Source: Candidatus Latescibacterota bacterium (GTDB taxonomy: Bacteria > Latescibacterota > UBA2968 > GCA-2709665). Taken from it: a stretch of DNA of 64,000 bases. Positions 29,528 through 40,051 of this stretch are shown piece after piece. The notes beneath the pieces are model-generated. The model was not told where the DNA came from. It searched no databases and worked only from the letters and a program-made list of their open reading frames with translations. Made by a program: the position numbers and the translations under genes. The stretch is taken from NCBI GenBank assembly GCA_965203805.1, contig OZ241917.1:4448001-4512000 (forward strand), in the 5' to 3' direction. The first letter of the stretch is position 1. Each line of letters starts with the position of its first letter.

Positions 29528-32500
29528 ATGATGTTTGACGCGATCAGAAGGGTTCTTCTCGTTCTGTTGACGCTGGGCGTCCTCGCACTCGTGGTCGTAT
29601 TCGACCCCGAGGAAGTATCCGACGTGATGCGGGATACGCTGAATATTCATCAGGTGGCGCCAGGGGAGCAGGTGCGCGGCGATCTGTCGGCCGAGGACCG
29701 TGCGGTTCGACAGGTCGTGGATGCGATCACCGAAGACGACGTCAGGACTCACGTGGCGTCATTGACCCGGATGCCGTCGCGCGTGGTCGGGTACGGCGGG
29801 GAAAGGCAGGCGCGGGACTATATTGTATCGCAATTCAAGGCGCTGGGTCTGGAGCGAATCACGACGGAGACCTTCGACGTGACCGTGCCGATCGACCGCG
29901 GCGGCGTGCTGAAGGAGACGGCCACGGGCACGGAGATCCCCATATTCGGTCTCTGGCCGAACGACGTCCGGACGCCGACGCTTCCGGCCGAAGGAATCGA
30001 GGGGTCTCTGATCTACGGGCGGCGCGGAGAGTTTTCGGATTTCAACGGGTCGGTCGTGGACGGCAGCGTCGTGTTGATGGATTTCGGTTGCGGGCAGAAC
30101 TACGTGAACGCAATGACCCTTGGCGCGAAGGCGGTTCTGTTCTTCGACGACGGGAACGTCACGCGCGGGGAGGCGGAGGACAAGTTTCTGGAGGTGCCGG
30201 TAAACGTGCCCCGGTTCTGGATAGACCGGGAGGATGCGCATCGCCTTCTCAATGAAGTTGAGCGCAGGGACGTCAGCGTGCATCTCACGGCCCGAATGGA
30301 CTGGAAAACGGTGGAGGCGGCCAATGTGTACGGCTATCTGCCGGGATCCGAGGAGCGTATTCCGGGGGGAACCGGCATCAGGTGGAAGGACAGGCTGATT
30401 GTGGTCGGGGCGTACTACGACGCCATGTCCATCGTGCCTGCCCTGGCCCCGGGCGCCGAAAGCGCCTCCGGCGCCGCCGCGCTGCTCGAGGTGGTCCGTT
30501 CGCTGAAGCGGCACGGTTCGCGGTACTCCTTCCTCTTTCTGGCGACGTCGGCGCACTTCGAGGGACTCACGGGAATCAACGAATTCCTCTTCAGACATTC
30601 CCGACGAAGCGATTATTTCAGGGACCGGATCCCCGAAGGCGACCGGATCGACTTCAGCCTGTTCGTCGGGCTGGACCTGTCCAGCCGCAGCAGGCAGGTG
30701 GGCGGATTCGCGATGGGGACCTTCTACAACGCCCGCAAGGGAACGGACGAATACCTGAAAAACCTGCTGACGCCGTATTCTCACCGGTTCCGCGAATACA
30801 GCAGGGCGCTCTTCCCGGACGAAGAGCGGTACGTGGACGTGGTGGCGCCGGCCAAGCGGCCATGGACGTCATATATGCCGGTACCCCTGGCCCTGGAAAG
30901 CGAGGCCGCCGTCTTCGTCGGGCAGGAAGCGATGACGCTGGTCACCCTGTACGACGGTCGCGCCCGCACAGACACGCCCCTCGATCTTCCCGAGGCTATG
31001 GCCTTCGACCGCCTGACCGATCAGGTGCGGTCCGTGGCGGCCATGATGATCAGGGCGGGGAACGACCCCGGCTTTTTCCGGGAGACCCAGCTTCGGCTGA
31101 TCGATCGTGGGCACCGTCTCTCCGGGCGAATCCTCTGGTTCGACCGGGACGTGGACTTCGCGATTCCCAGGGTGCCGGTTCCGGGCGCGCTGGTGACCTA
31201 CAAGCAGCCGGGACCGGGCAGCCTGGCCGGCGTCCGGACGCTGATGGTCACGCAGGCCACCAGGGGTCCGATATATGAAGGACCGCCCACCCGCGGGACG
31301 CTGTTCGGATCGAGGGAAGCGGTTGGGCGGACCGGCCGGTTTGGGTTCGACATCGTGAGAAACCGTTTTTCGAATCAGATTCTGGCTTACGAGATCGACG
31401 CGGAGGGGCGGATTGTATCGGCGCCTGACATGGGACGCGAGGGCGCCGGCTCGGATGGCAGAGACGGGAAGTACCCCCTGCTTCAGGGATACGGTTGGTG
31501 GGACAACCAGATGATGGGCGTGCTGTTCAGGTGCCGGTCGCTGAGCCTGTTCGAGATTGTGGATTCCAGCTATCTCTCGGTGCTGGATCACATGAAGGTG
31601 CTCGGGAGGGACAACAGCGAGCCGATCGAGTACGGATTCCGATACGTGGCCAACCAGGGCCGGAAGGAGGGAAAGGTCACGCAGGCGTCGGTGGCGTTCG
31701 CGCCGCCCGGGGAGCGGATCAAGATCCTGATGAGCAGCGGGCTGTTCGGAATCAAGTACCTGCTGATCAACGCGCCGGAAGACCTGTTGACCGATCCGGT
31801 CTCACCGCGACAGGTGAACGCGGCGACCGTGAAGCGGTCCATGGGAGCCGGCTACGTCCCGGACGGAGATGCGATTTCCCTGCCGTCATACAGGGCGGCG
31901 CGGGACATGTGGATCGTGGACGACGTTCGGATGAAGCAGCTGGCACGCTACGGCGTGGAAAACCAGCGGCTCTCCCGGCTGCACGAACGGGCCCGGGAGT
32001 CTCTGCTCGAGGCGGAACGCCACCTGGAAAACCGCCAATATGACCGGTTCATCGCATCGGCAAGGGAGGGCTGGGGGCTCGAGGCGCGAGGGTATCCCGA
32101 GGTCAAAGAGACGGCCAACGACACGGTCCGGGGCGTCATCTTCTATTTTGTCCTGCTGCTGCCGTTTTCGTTCTTCTGCGAGCGGCTGTTTTTCGGCTTT
32201 CCCGACGTTCAGCGGCGGATTATCGGATTCGCCGCGATCCTCGTCGCCATGTTTCTGGCCCTGCGGCTGGTGCATCCCGCGTTTCAGTTGTCCGGGTCTC
32301 CATATATCATCTTTCTCGCTTTCGTGATCCTGTGTCTGGGCGGCGTGGCCATGGTGATCGTGGTGTCCAGGTTCGCCGACCAGGTGAGGAAGCTGAAGCA
32401 GGTGGCGACGGGCGTGTACGAGGAGGACGTGGGGCGGATTTCCGCCACGATCGTGGCCTTTACGCTGGGGGTTTCGAATCTGCGAAAGCGGCCGATGCGC

Positions 32501-34243
32501 AGCGGCCTGACGGCAGTTACGCTGACCCTGCTGACCTTTACGGTGCTCTCGTTTACATCGGTCCAGACGTACCTGCGTTTCTACAAGCTGCCGAGGGACA
32601 ACCGGCCGCCCTACCAGGGAGCGCTGGTGAGAGACCGGAACTGGAGGGGGTTGCAGCCCTCCGTGCTGACCTATATCCAGAGTCACTTCGGCGGTTTCGC
32701 CCGGGTAGCGCCCCGGGCATTTTACATTTCCGAAAAGCGTGGCGAGCGGGCCTACGTCGACTTCGAGGAGGCGGAAAGCGGCCGGCGGAGTTTCGCAAAC
32801 GGATTATTGGGTGTAACGCCGCAGGAGCCGGGGGTGCTGGGTCTGGACCGGCTGCTTACGGCCGGACGGTGGTTCCGGGAAGGGGAACGCCACGCGGTCA
32901 TCCTCCCGGGTGAACTGGCGGAACTCGTGGGGATCACCGGCGCGGACGTGGAAGCCGGTCGGGCGCGAGTGCGCATGCTGGGGGTGGAGCTTGCCGTCGT
33001 CGGCATTCTGGATTCCCGGGCCGTCGACAGGCTTGCGGATATGGATGACGAACGATTGACGCCCATCGACACCACGATGGAGACCGCGGGGACGAGCGAC
33101 TGGCGCAACCTGAGCCAGGACCCGAGGTTGATGGGAGCGGAGCCGATCGAGGCGTTCATCCACCTTGACACGAGCAATACCGCGCTGCTTCCGTACGAAT
33201 TCGTGATCGAAATCGGGGGTAACCTCCGGTCGATCGCGATCACCGATTTCAGGGACCCGCAGGGCAACCCGAGCCGCGACGTCCGGCGGCAGATCGAGGA
33301 CTTCATGTCCAGGGTCGCGCTGACGATGTTCGTGGGGATCGGCGACGAGGTGACGGTATACAGTTCGATCGGCACCACCTCGCTCTCCGGCATCGCGAAT
33401 CTCTTCATCCCCCTGCTGATCGCCTCGCTCATCGTTCTGAATACGATGATGGGCGCGGTGTACGAGAGATTCCGCGAGATCGGCGTCTACTCGGCGGTAG
33501 GTCTGGCGCCCAGTCATATCTCGGCGCTCTTCCTGGCCGAGGCGGCGGTGTTCGCCACGCTCGGGGCCGCGTTCGGCTACCTGATCGGCCAGGCGGTGGC
33601 CATGTTCCTGTACGAACGCGGGGCGCTGGGCGGGCTGTCGCTGAACTATTCTTCCCTTTCGGCGGTTTCGTCCACCCTGCTGGTGATGCTGGCGGTATTC
33701 CTGTCAACGCTATACCCGGCGAGGAAGGCCGAGCAGATGTCTGTGCCCGATGTCACCCGCCGTTGGCAGTTTCCGCATCCCGACGGAGACGACTGGTCCT
33801 TCGACTTTCCATTCACGCTGGCGGGATCGGAAGCTCTGGGGATGTACACGTATCTCTTCCGGTGTTTCGAGTCGTTCGGCGAGGGTTCCCTGGGCCGGTT
33901 CGTTTCGCGGGACGTGCGTTTCGGGTCCGAGCCGCTACCGGCCGGCACGGGGTATACGATCGCGCTGCGGATGTGGCTTGCGCCCTACGATATGGGGATC
34001 AGCCAGGACGTCCGGATGAATGCGGTCCCCACCGGAGAACACGACATTTACCGTATAGAGGTCCTGATCCATCGCCTGAGCGGAGACGTGAACTCCTGGC
34101 AGCGGGTGAACAGGGGCTTCCTGAACGACCTCCGCAAGCTCTTCCTGGTATGGAAAACCATGCCTCCGGAAACCAGGTCGGACTACGCCAGGCAGGGCGA
34201 GGTCGAATTGAAGACGCCGGCGGGTAAGGCCGTCGTGACCTGA
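29528..34243 (+). CDS. Giant FtsX-like permease with an N-terminal PA + degenerate M28 peptidase-like domain, 1571 aa
   Basis: N-terminal TM, 'SRVVGYGG', PA-like 'GSVVLMDF', M28-like 'VVGAYYDAMSIVPALAPGA'. TM block, 'SNLRKRPMRS', and FtsX signature 'LNTMMGAVYERFREIGVYSAVGLAPSHI'. Confidence 0.85.
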   Translation: MMFDAIRRVLLVLLTLGVLALVVVFDPEEVSDVMRDTLNIHQVAPGEQVRGDLSAEDRAVRQVVDAITEDDVRTHVASLTRMPSRVVGYGGERQARDYIVSQFKALGLERITTETFDVTVPIDRGGVLKETATGTEIPIFGLWPNDVRTPTLPAEGIEGSLIYGRRGEFSDFNGSVVDGSVVLMDFGCGQNYVNAMTLGAKAVLFFDDGNVTRGEAEDKFLEVPVNVPRFWIDREDAHRLLNEVERRDVSVHLTARMDWKTVEAANVYGYLPGSEERIPGGTGIRWKDRLIVVGAYYDAMSIVPALAPGAESASGAAALLEVVRSLKRHGSRYSFLFLATSAHFEGLTGINEFLFRHSRRSDYFRDRIPEGDRIDFSLFVGLDLSSRSRQVGGFAMGTFYNARKGTDEYLKNLLTPYSHRFREYSRALFPDEERYVDVVAPAKRPWTSYMPVPLALESEAAVFVGQEAMTLVTLYDGRARTDTPLDLPEAMAFDRLTDQVRSVAAMMIRAGNDPGFFRETQLRLIDRGHRLSGRILWFDRDVDFAIPRVPVPGALVTYKQPGPGSLAGVRTLMVTQATRGPIYEGPPTRGTLFGSREAVGRTGRFGFDIVRNRFSNQILAYEIDAEGRIVSAPDMGREGAGSDGRDGKYPLLQGYGWWDNQMMGVLFRCRSLSLFEIVDSSYLSVLDHMKVLGRDNSEPIEYGFRYVANQGRKEGKVTQASVAFAPPGERIKILMSSGLFGIKYLLINAPEDLLTDPVSPRQVNAATVKRSMGAGYVPDGDAISLPSYRAARDMWIVDDVRMKQLARYGVENQRLSRLHERARESLLEAERHLENRQYDRFIASAREGWGLEARGYPEVKETANDTVRGVIFYFVLLLPFSFFCERLFFGFPDVQRRIIGFAAILVAMFLALRLVHPAFQLSGSPYIIFLAFVILCLGGVAMVIVVSRFADQVRKLKQVATGVYEEDVGRISATIVAFTLGVSNLRKRPMRSGLTAVTLTLLTFTVLSFTSVQTYLRFYKLPRDNRPPYQGALVRDRNWRGLQPSVLTYIQSHFGGFARVAPRAFYISEKRGERAYVDFEEAESGRRSFANGLLGVTPQEPGVLGLDRLLTAGRWFREGERHAVILPGELAELVGITGADVEAGRARVRMLGVELAVVGILDSRAVDRLADMDDERLTPIDTTMETAGTSDWRNLSQDPRLMGAEPIEAFIHLDTSNTALLPYEFVIEIGGNLRSIAITDFRDPQGNPSRDVRRQIEDFMSRVALTMFVGIGDEVTVYSSIGTTSLSGIANLFIPLLIASLIVLNTMMGAVYERFREIGVYSAVGLAPSHISALFLAEAAVFATLGAAFGYLIGQAVAMFLYERGALGGLSLNYSSLSAVSSTLLVMLAVFLSTLYPARKAEQMSVPDVTRRWQFPHPDGDDWSFDFPFTLAGSEALGMYTYLFRCFESFGEGSLGRFVSRDVRFGSEPLPAGTGYTIALRMWLAPYDMGISQDVRMNAVPTGEHDIYRIEVLIHRLSGDVNSWQRVNRGFLNDLRKLFLVWKTMPPETRSDYARQGEVELKTPAGKAVVT

Positions 34244-34326
34244 GCGGCTGAGTGTTCTTTCCCGAAAATGACTCACCAATCGGCGATCTGCATCCAGGAC
34301 AGAACAGCGGTTGAGGAAAATGTGGT

Positions 34327-36294
34327 ATGGCGAGACCTGCCGGGCAGCGCGAAATGGAGGCAGCCGGCAAGAACCCGGAGATGCGCGGGGTTACGGCGCG
34401 CGCCCTGAGCGTCGGCCTCGGCATTGCCGCCCTGCACAATTTCTGGAGCCTGCACTCGCTCTATATCATCCGGGGATCGTGGCTGAACCGTACGCATTTC
34501 CCCATGGGCGTGTTCGTGCCGTTCCTGATCCTCGTCCTGGCAACCCCGGTCCTCCGCCGGTTCGTTCCCAGAATGGCGATGTCCGGGCCCGAACTTCTGG
34601 TGACGCTGTGTGCGGGTCTTGCGGGGGGGATGGTGCCGACGTTCGGTCTCTCCACGACCTGGATCGGCATGCTGGCCATCCCGCACTATCTCGCCACGCC
34701 CGAGAACCAGTGGGGAGAGTACCTCCTGCCCAACGTGCCCGGGTGGATGGTGCCTTCCAACGCGCAGGGGGCCATGAGATGGCTCTTCGAGGGTCTTCCC
34801 CCCGGCGAAGGGGTTCCCTGGGGCGAATGGGCCGCCCCCCTGTTCTGGTGGACGGCGCTGCTGGGCGGGTTGGCGCTGGTTTCCTTCTGTACGGTCGCGG
34901 TCCTGCACCGGCAGTGGTCGGGGCACGAACGGCTGGCCTATCCCATTCCCTCGGTGGCCGGGGACATGGCGGAAGGGGCCGAGGGCAGAGGCGAATGGGC
35001 CGGGTTGTTGCGGAACCGGTTGTTCATCGCCGGATTGTCGGCCGCGCTGGCGATTAAAATCTGGAATCTGGTGCCGGCGTTCGTGCACGGGTTTCCGATG
35101 ATCCGTTTGTTTCACCAGCAGTTGTGGGTGTACTTCACACAGTACTCCATGGTCCACGTGAGCCTGAATTTCTATACGATCGGGTTCGCGTATATGACGG
35201 GTCTGGACCTGCTGCTGAGTATCTGGCTGTTTCATCTCCTTTACATTATGGAGATCGCGGCGTTCGCCCGGATCGGACTGGGCATTGCGGGATTCTCCGG
35301 CGGGGACGTGTCGTGGCAGGGCGGCGGCGCGATGATGTGCTACGTGGGCCTGGCGCTGTGGACGGCCCGGGGGCACCTCGGACGCGTGGTGCGGCGAGCG
35401 CTGGGCCGGGCTGGCGGCGCGGACGACGCCGGGGAGCTGATGCGGTACCGGTGGGCGGTGTGGGGCCTGGTTCTGGGGGTGGCCTTTGTCATCTGCTGGT
35501 TGCGGATGGCCGGTATGGGGGTGCTTCTGGCCACGGCGTTGACGGTGTTGCTGTTCACGAGCTACCTGGGTCTCGCGCGGATTGTGGCGCAGACCGGCCT
35601 GCTCTACGTCAACCTGCCCCAAAGCGGCCAGGGACTTATTCTGGGCACCGTGGGCGCGGCGTCCATTCCGGCGCCCGGTCTCACGGCCATGGCGTTTACC
35701 AATGTCTTCGCCAACGACCACATGGGCCTGTTCATGCCCGCTTTCGCGCAGATTGCGAAATTGGCCGAACGGGTGGAGCGCCACCGAAGGCGGCTGGGAT
35801 GGGTTGTGGCGCTGGGCCTGCTCGTCAGCATTGCGACGTCGGTGGGGCTGACACTCTATTGGGGATACACCGGCGGCGCGTACAATTTCGGCAGTATCGC
35901 GCTCTTCCGGCGGACGGTCCCCAGCGTGAACGGGTACGTGAGCCATATGCGCAGCCCCGATCCCGTTTACGCGGCGCCGTTTGTTCTCTTCGCGGCCGGC
36001 GCGGCGGGGATGGCCCTGCTGGCGTTCCTGCGATACCGGTTCAACTGGTGGCCGGTTCACCCGGCGGGGCTGGCCGTGGGCTATACCGGCATGACGAGGC
36101 ACGCGGCCTTCAGCATCTTCGCTGCCTGGGTCTGCAAGTTTATTGTGATCAAAACCGGCGGCATGCTGCTTTACCGGCGGACCGTGCCGTTCTTTATCGG
36201 GACCATTGTCGGATACGCGTTGTCCGTTCCCCTGGGTTACGTGCTGGACGTGATCTTTTTCCACGGGCAGGGGCACGCCGTACACGCGTATTGA
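34327..36294 (+). CDS. DUF6785/DUF6784 multi-pass membrane protein (paralog of 27545..29509)
   Basis: 'GVTARALSVG', 'YLATPENQW', 'VLHRQWSGHERLAYP', 'ARIVAQTG', 'LRYRFNWWPVHPAGL', 'PFFIGTIVG'. Confidence 0.85.
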   Translation: MARPAGQREMEAAGKNPEMRGVTARALSVGLGIAALHNFWSLHSLYIIRGSWLNRTHFPMGVFVPFLILVLATPVLRRFVPRMAMSGPELLVTLCAGLAGGMVPTFGLSTTWIGMLAIPHYLATPENQWGEYLLPNVPGWMVPSNAQGAMRWLFEGLPPGEGVPWGEWAAPLFWWTALLGGLALVSFCTVAVLHRQWSGHERLAYPIPSVAGDMAEGAEGRGEWAGLLRNRLFIAGLSAALAIKIWNLVPAFVHGFPMIRLFHQQLWVYFTQYSMVHVSLNFYTIGFAYMTGLDLLLSIWLFHLLYIMEIAAFARIGLGIAGFSGGDVSWQGGGAMMCYVGLALWTARGHLGRVVRRALGRAGGADDAGELMRYRWAVWGLVLGVAFVICWLRMAGMGVLLATALTVLLFTSYLGLARIVAQTGLLYVNLPQSGQGLILGTVGAASIPAPGLTAMAFTNVFANDHMGLFMPAFAQIAKLAERVERHRRRLGWVVALGLLVSIATSVGLTLYWGYTGGAYNFGSIALFRRTVPSVNGYVSHMRSPDPVYAAPFVLFAAGAAGMALLAFLRYRFNWWPVHPAGLAVGYTGMTRHAAFSIFAAWVCKFIVIKTGGMLLYRRTVPFFIGTIVGYALSVPLGYVLDVIFFHGQGHAVHAY

Positions 36295-36339
36295 CGCAAA
36301 TGGCAGGCCAAGGCCGCGCCTGACGGAGGGTATGATCCG

Positions 36340-39300
36340 ATGCGTATTCCACCTGTGTACACGGAACTGAAAGATCTCAATCTCGACACGGAACTGGTCC
36401 GAAACGGTAAACCGAACGTCACGATTGTCGTCCCCGAGGGCGGGGTCTACGCAGGCCCCGCGGAACGGATTCAGGCGGCGATTCACGCGCGGACCGGCGT
36501 GCGCGTGCCCGTTGCAGAGGACACGTCCGCCGAAGGGGCCGTGCCGATTTCAGGGCATGTGATCGTGCTGGGCAACCGGTCCACGAGTCGAACGGTCGAA
36601 TCGCTATACAACCTGTACTATACGCTGCTGGACCTGCGATATCCCGGTCCCGGCGGGTACGAAGTTCGGTCGCTTCACAATCCCTTCGGAAACGGGCGCA
36701 ATGTGATCTTCGCGGGCGGCAGCGACGCGGGCGGCGTGGAAGCGGCGGCGGACGTGCTGGCGGGAAAGGTGTCGGACGCCAACGAAGAAGGTGGCGGGCC
36801 TTCGCTGGGCTGGCTGATGGAGATCGAACTGGGCAGGGGGATCCAGGTTCCCGGGGACCTCCGGGAATTCGAGACGTGGGAGGCCTCGGCGGGATACGGG
36901 TCGGTGGGATATTTCGGGTGGAACAGCATCAGCAAGCGAATGGCCATGTACTACATGACCGGAGACGCCTTTCACGCGCGGGAAGCTCTCCGGCTGGCCT
37001 TTCCCGACGACCGGGCGATGGCGGAGATCACCGAAATCGACGGAGAGCGGATCGAAAACAAGGACGAGCCGCTCAGCGGACCCTATCACTACAACGCGCA
37101 CATGATGATTCTGTATTGGGACCTCATCGAAGAGAGTCCGGTGTTTACGGATGACGAACGCCTGCGGGTTACGAACGCCTTCGCCGCACAGTTCGGCCAC
37201 GCGCAGGACCAGGGTGCGCGCCGGCGAGTCGTGGAGAACGTGCAACGGGGCGCCATGGGATTCGGAGACCCGCCGGAAAGCGTGGGATCGCGGCATGGAC
37301 AGTGGTCCGCGATATCGCTCTACTGCCTTGGACGATACTTTCAGACCTGCTACCCGAGCGCGCTCTGGGAGCAATCCATGGATGCGGCCAGATGGCATTT
37401 CGCGTCGCTGCACCGCCACGCCTGGGTGGACGGGGAACACGACAACCTGTTCTGGTACAATACGGGTATGGCACCTGTTCTGAGCTATATGCTGATCACG
37501 GGCGACCGGAAGCCCATGGAAAACGGCGTGACGGCCACTCTGCTTCGCGGGCAGGAGATCCTCGCATCGGGACGCGAACCCGACTGGGCCCTGAATTCCG
37601 CGTCCATCGGGTTTCTCAACAAGGCCGCCTATCTCACGGGTGACGGCCGTTACCGCGAATATCTGCGACGGACCGGGATGGACATGGACATCTTCCGTCT
37701 GGGGCAGTCCTTCTGGCCCGAAGACGATATCGAGCCCGCGCTGCCGGCGGACCTGGTAAACAGGTGGTCCATCCACCCGATCCCGCAACCGATGTGGCGG
37801 CAACGCGAAAGCGGGTTGCCCCTGGAAGACTCCTTCCTGTTCGGCAGCTTTCGAAGCGCGGCCGATTCGACGGGAGATTTCATCCTGGTGAAGGGGATGA
37901 ACGGCGCGTCCCGAAACGCGTACCATACCTTTGTGGTACTGGAACTGAGGCTGGGTGGAGAGACGCTGCTTGAAGGCTATCTGAACCAGGTGCTGACTCG
38001 ATCGGAAGGGACCGTGGAACCGGTCGTGGCGATGGATTCCGCGCTGAAGTACCGGGACGTGGTCGGGGAGACCGCCGTGATCGTGGCCGAGGTGCCCAGG
38101 GCGGCCTTCTGCGCATGGCGCCGGACGCTGGCGCAGCGCGTCGGGCGGTACGCGCTGTTCGTGGACCACATGACGTTCCGCGAGGACAGCGAGGAACTGG
38201 AGGTGGAGGTGTTGTGGCAGGGCAAGGGCGCGTGGGAGGCGCTGCCGGACCGCGGCGCCGTGCGTATCCGGGACGTGGCGGAGGTCCATGTGTCTGATCC
38301 TTTGGAGGCCGTGGTTGGGGACGGCGAGGCGCGTATGGTCTGGCGGGGACGGGTGGAGAAGGGAGACGAGAGATTCGCCTTCTCGCTGCTGGCAGGGGAT
38401 GGCACGACGTGCGCACGGCTGGACGAAAATGCGGCCGCACTGGCGCTCCCGGAGCCTGCCGTGGCCGCCGCCGGTGAATACGAGGGACTCCAGGGCGACC
38501 TGGTGGTACTGGCCGCAACCCACCTCCACGGGGTCAACGCGACCGGGGCTGCGCTTGGCGCATCCCTGTTCCACGCAAGCGCACCCGTGCAGGTCGACTG
38601 GGACTTTCAGAGCGGCGCGCTGGAAGTGGTTGCGGGTGAGGAGACGGAGATCCGGCTCGCCGTTGCCGATCCGGGTGGCGTGGTGGATGACGAGGGTGTG
38701 GTCATCATAATAATCCCTGAGGGACGGCATTCGGTTTCCGGCGCGGCGCCCGACGCGGCCGCGCTTGCAAGGGTGACGGCGCGGCTCGAGCGCCTTCTGG
38801 AGCAGGGCCGGGATGCCAGACGGCAAGCCGCGGCCGCGCCATCGCCCGTTCTTCCGGATGTTCCGTCCCTGCCGTCGCCTTTCGCAACGCGCGTGGGTGG
38901 CGCCGTGGTGGACATGGTCGCGGTTGATTCGGGCGGACAAACGCTGATCTGCGCGGCCGAAGACGGGAATGTCCACGTGTTGTCACAGGACGGAGAAGAA
39001 CTCCGGATCCTGCCGACGGACGGTCCCATCCGTCTCCTCCACTGGTGGGGGGAACACAATCTGCTCCTGGCGGGATGCGCGGACGAAAAAGTCATCGCGT
39101 TCGATCCGGATACGGGCGTTCGGAAATGGGCATTCACGTCGGAGGAAGACCCGGCCGTGTTCCGGGCCGCGAAGCCGTACTGGTTCAAGACCGCGCCGGG
39201 GCACGCGGGCGTCCACGGACTCCATTCCGGCGTTTTTCTGGATGGGAAGAGCCAGGCTTTCGTGGGCAGCGCCTGCACGCTCGAGATATTGGATCAGGGC

Positions 39301-40026
39301 GGCAATCTCGTGAAACGGGTTCCGGTATTCTGGGGCCCGGGCTCCCGGTTCGCCCTGATCGACGGCCCGGAAGGAGGCATCGATCTGCTGATCGCGAGGC
39401 AGCCCACGGACTCGCACGCGATGGCGGTTGTGAACAACCGCGAGTTGGATCCGAAGCAGCGCAGCTTCCGGGACGTGCCCGAGGGCCACACGAATATCGG
39501 CGGGTGGGCCTGTATGAGCCGCAAGCACATTTTCTACGAGGACCTGGACGGAGACGGCAGGAAGGAAGTGGTGAGCGAGATCAACGGGACCTGGAACCGG
39601 GTGACGGTGTGGGCGGCGGACGGTCAGGCGCTACACAACGTCCACCTGGGCCCGGGGGAGCGCATTCCCACGGACAATGTGCGGGACTTCGACGTTGTCG
39701 ATCTGGACGGCGACGGGAGGCGGGAACTGCTCGCGGCGCTTTCGGGCGGGCTCGTACTCGCCCTGAATCACCGGTGCGAGAGAATCTGGTCGAGGCGGCT
39801 GCCTTCTCCGCCTGCGGTCATGGCGGCGGTCGAGGCCGGTGTTGGCGCCAGGGTCGTGGCCGGCTGTGAAGACGGTGCGCTGGTTGTCCTGGACGGCGCT
39901 GGAGAGGTCGTCCAATCGGGCAGGACGAACGGGAGGCCGACCTGCATACAGAAGGTGAACGGAACCGTTGTATTGGCGACGGATCAGGGGGAGATCAGCC
40001 GTTGGCGGGTGGATGACCGCCGGTGA
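36340..40026 (+). CDS. Large heparinase-like fold + FG-GAP/PQQ propeller protein (divergent paralog B), 1228 aa
   Basis: ATG after GGAGGG. 'ELKDLNLDT', 'YPGPGGYEVRSLHNPFGNGRNV' and 'WDLIEESPVFTDDERLR' are shared with the paralogs. FG-GAP 'DLDGDGRKE'. Confidence 0.78.
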   Translation: MRIPPVYTELKDLNLDTELVRNGKPNVTIVVPEGGVYAGPAERIQAAIHARTGVRVPVAEDTSAEGAVPISGHVIVLGNRSTSRTVESLYNLYYTLLDLRYPGPGGYEVRSLHNPFGNGRNVIFAGGSDAGGVEAAADVLAGKVSDANEEGGGPSLGWLMEIELGRGIQVPGDLREFETWEASAGYGSVGYFGWNSISKRMAMYYMTGDAFHAREALRLAFPDDRAMAEITEIDGERIENKDEPLSGPYHYNAHMMILYWDLIEESPVFTDDERLRVTNAFAAQFGHAQDQGARRRVVENVQRGAMGFGDPPESVGSRHGQWSAISLYCLGRYFQTCYPSALWEQSMDAARWHFASLHRHAWVDGEHDNLFWYNTGMAPVLSYMLITGDRKPMENGVTATLLRGQEILASGREPDWALNSASIGFLNKAAYLTGDGRYREYLRRTGMDMDIFRLGQSFWPEDDIEPALPADLVNRWSIHPIPQPMWRQRESGLPLEDSFLFGSFRSAADSTGDFILVKGMNGASRNAYHTFVVLELRLGGETLLEGYLNQVLTRSEGTVEPVVAMDSALKYRDVVGETAVIVAEVPRAAFCAWRRTLAQRVGRYALFVDHMTFREDSEELEVEVLWQGKGAWEALPDRGAVRIRDVAEVHVSDPLEAVVGDGEARMVWRGRVEKGDERFAFSLLAGDGTTCARLDENAAALALPEPAVAAAGEYEGLQGDLVVLAATHLHGVNATGAALGASLFHASAPVQVDWDFQSGALEVVAGEETEIRLAVADPGGVVDDEGVVIIIIPEGRHSVSGAAPDAAALARVTARLERLLEQGRDARRQAAAAPSPVLPDVPSLPSPFATRVGGAVVDMVAVDSGGQTLICAAEDGNVHVLSQDGEELRILPTDGPIRLLHWWGEHNLLLAGCADEKVIAFDPDTGVRKWAFTSEEDPAVFRAAKPYWFKTAPGHAGVHGLHSGVFLDGKSQAFVGSACTLEILDQGGNLVKRVPVFWGPGSRFALIDGPEGGIDLLIARQPTDSHAMAVVNNRELDPKQRSFRDVPEGHTNIGGWACMSRKHIFYEDLDGDGRKEVVSEINGTWNRVTVWAADGQALHNVHLGPGERIPTDNVRDFDVVDLDGDGRRELLAALSGGLVLALNHRCERIWSRRLPSPPAVMAAVEAGVGARVVAGCEDGALVVLDGAGEVVQSGRTNGRPTCIQKVNGTVVLATDQGEISRWRVDDRR

Positions 40027-40051
40027 TCTTGAAGCCGCGACGGAGGAAGAA

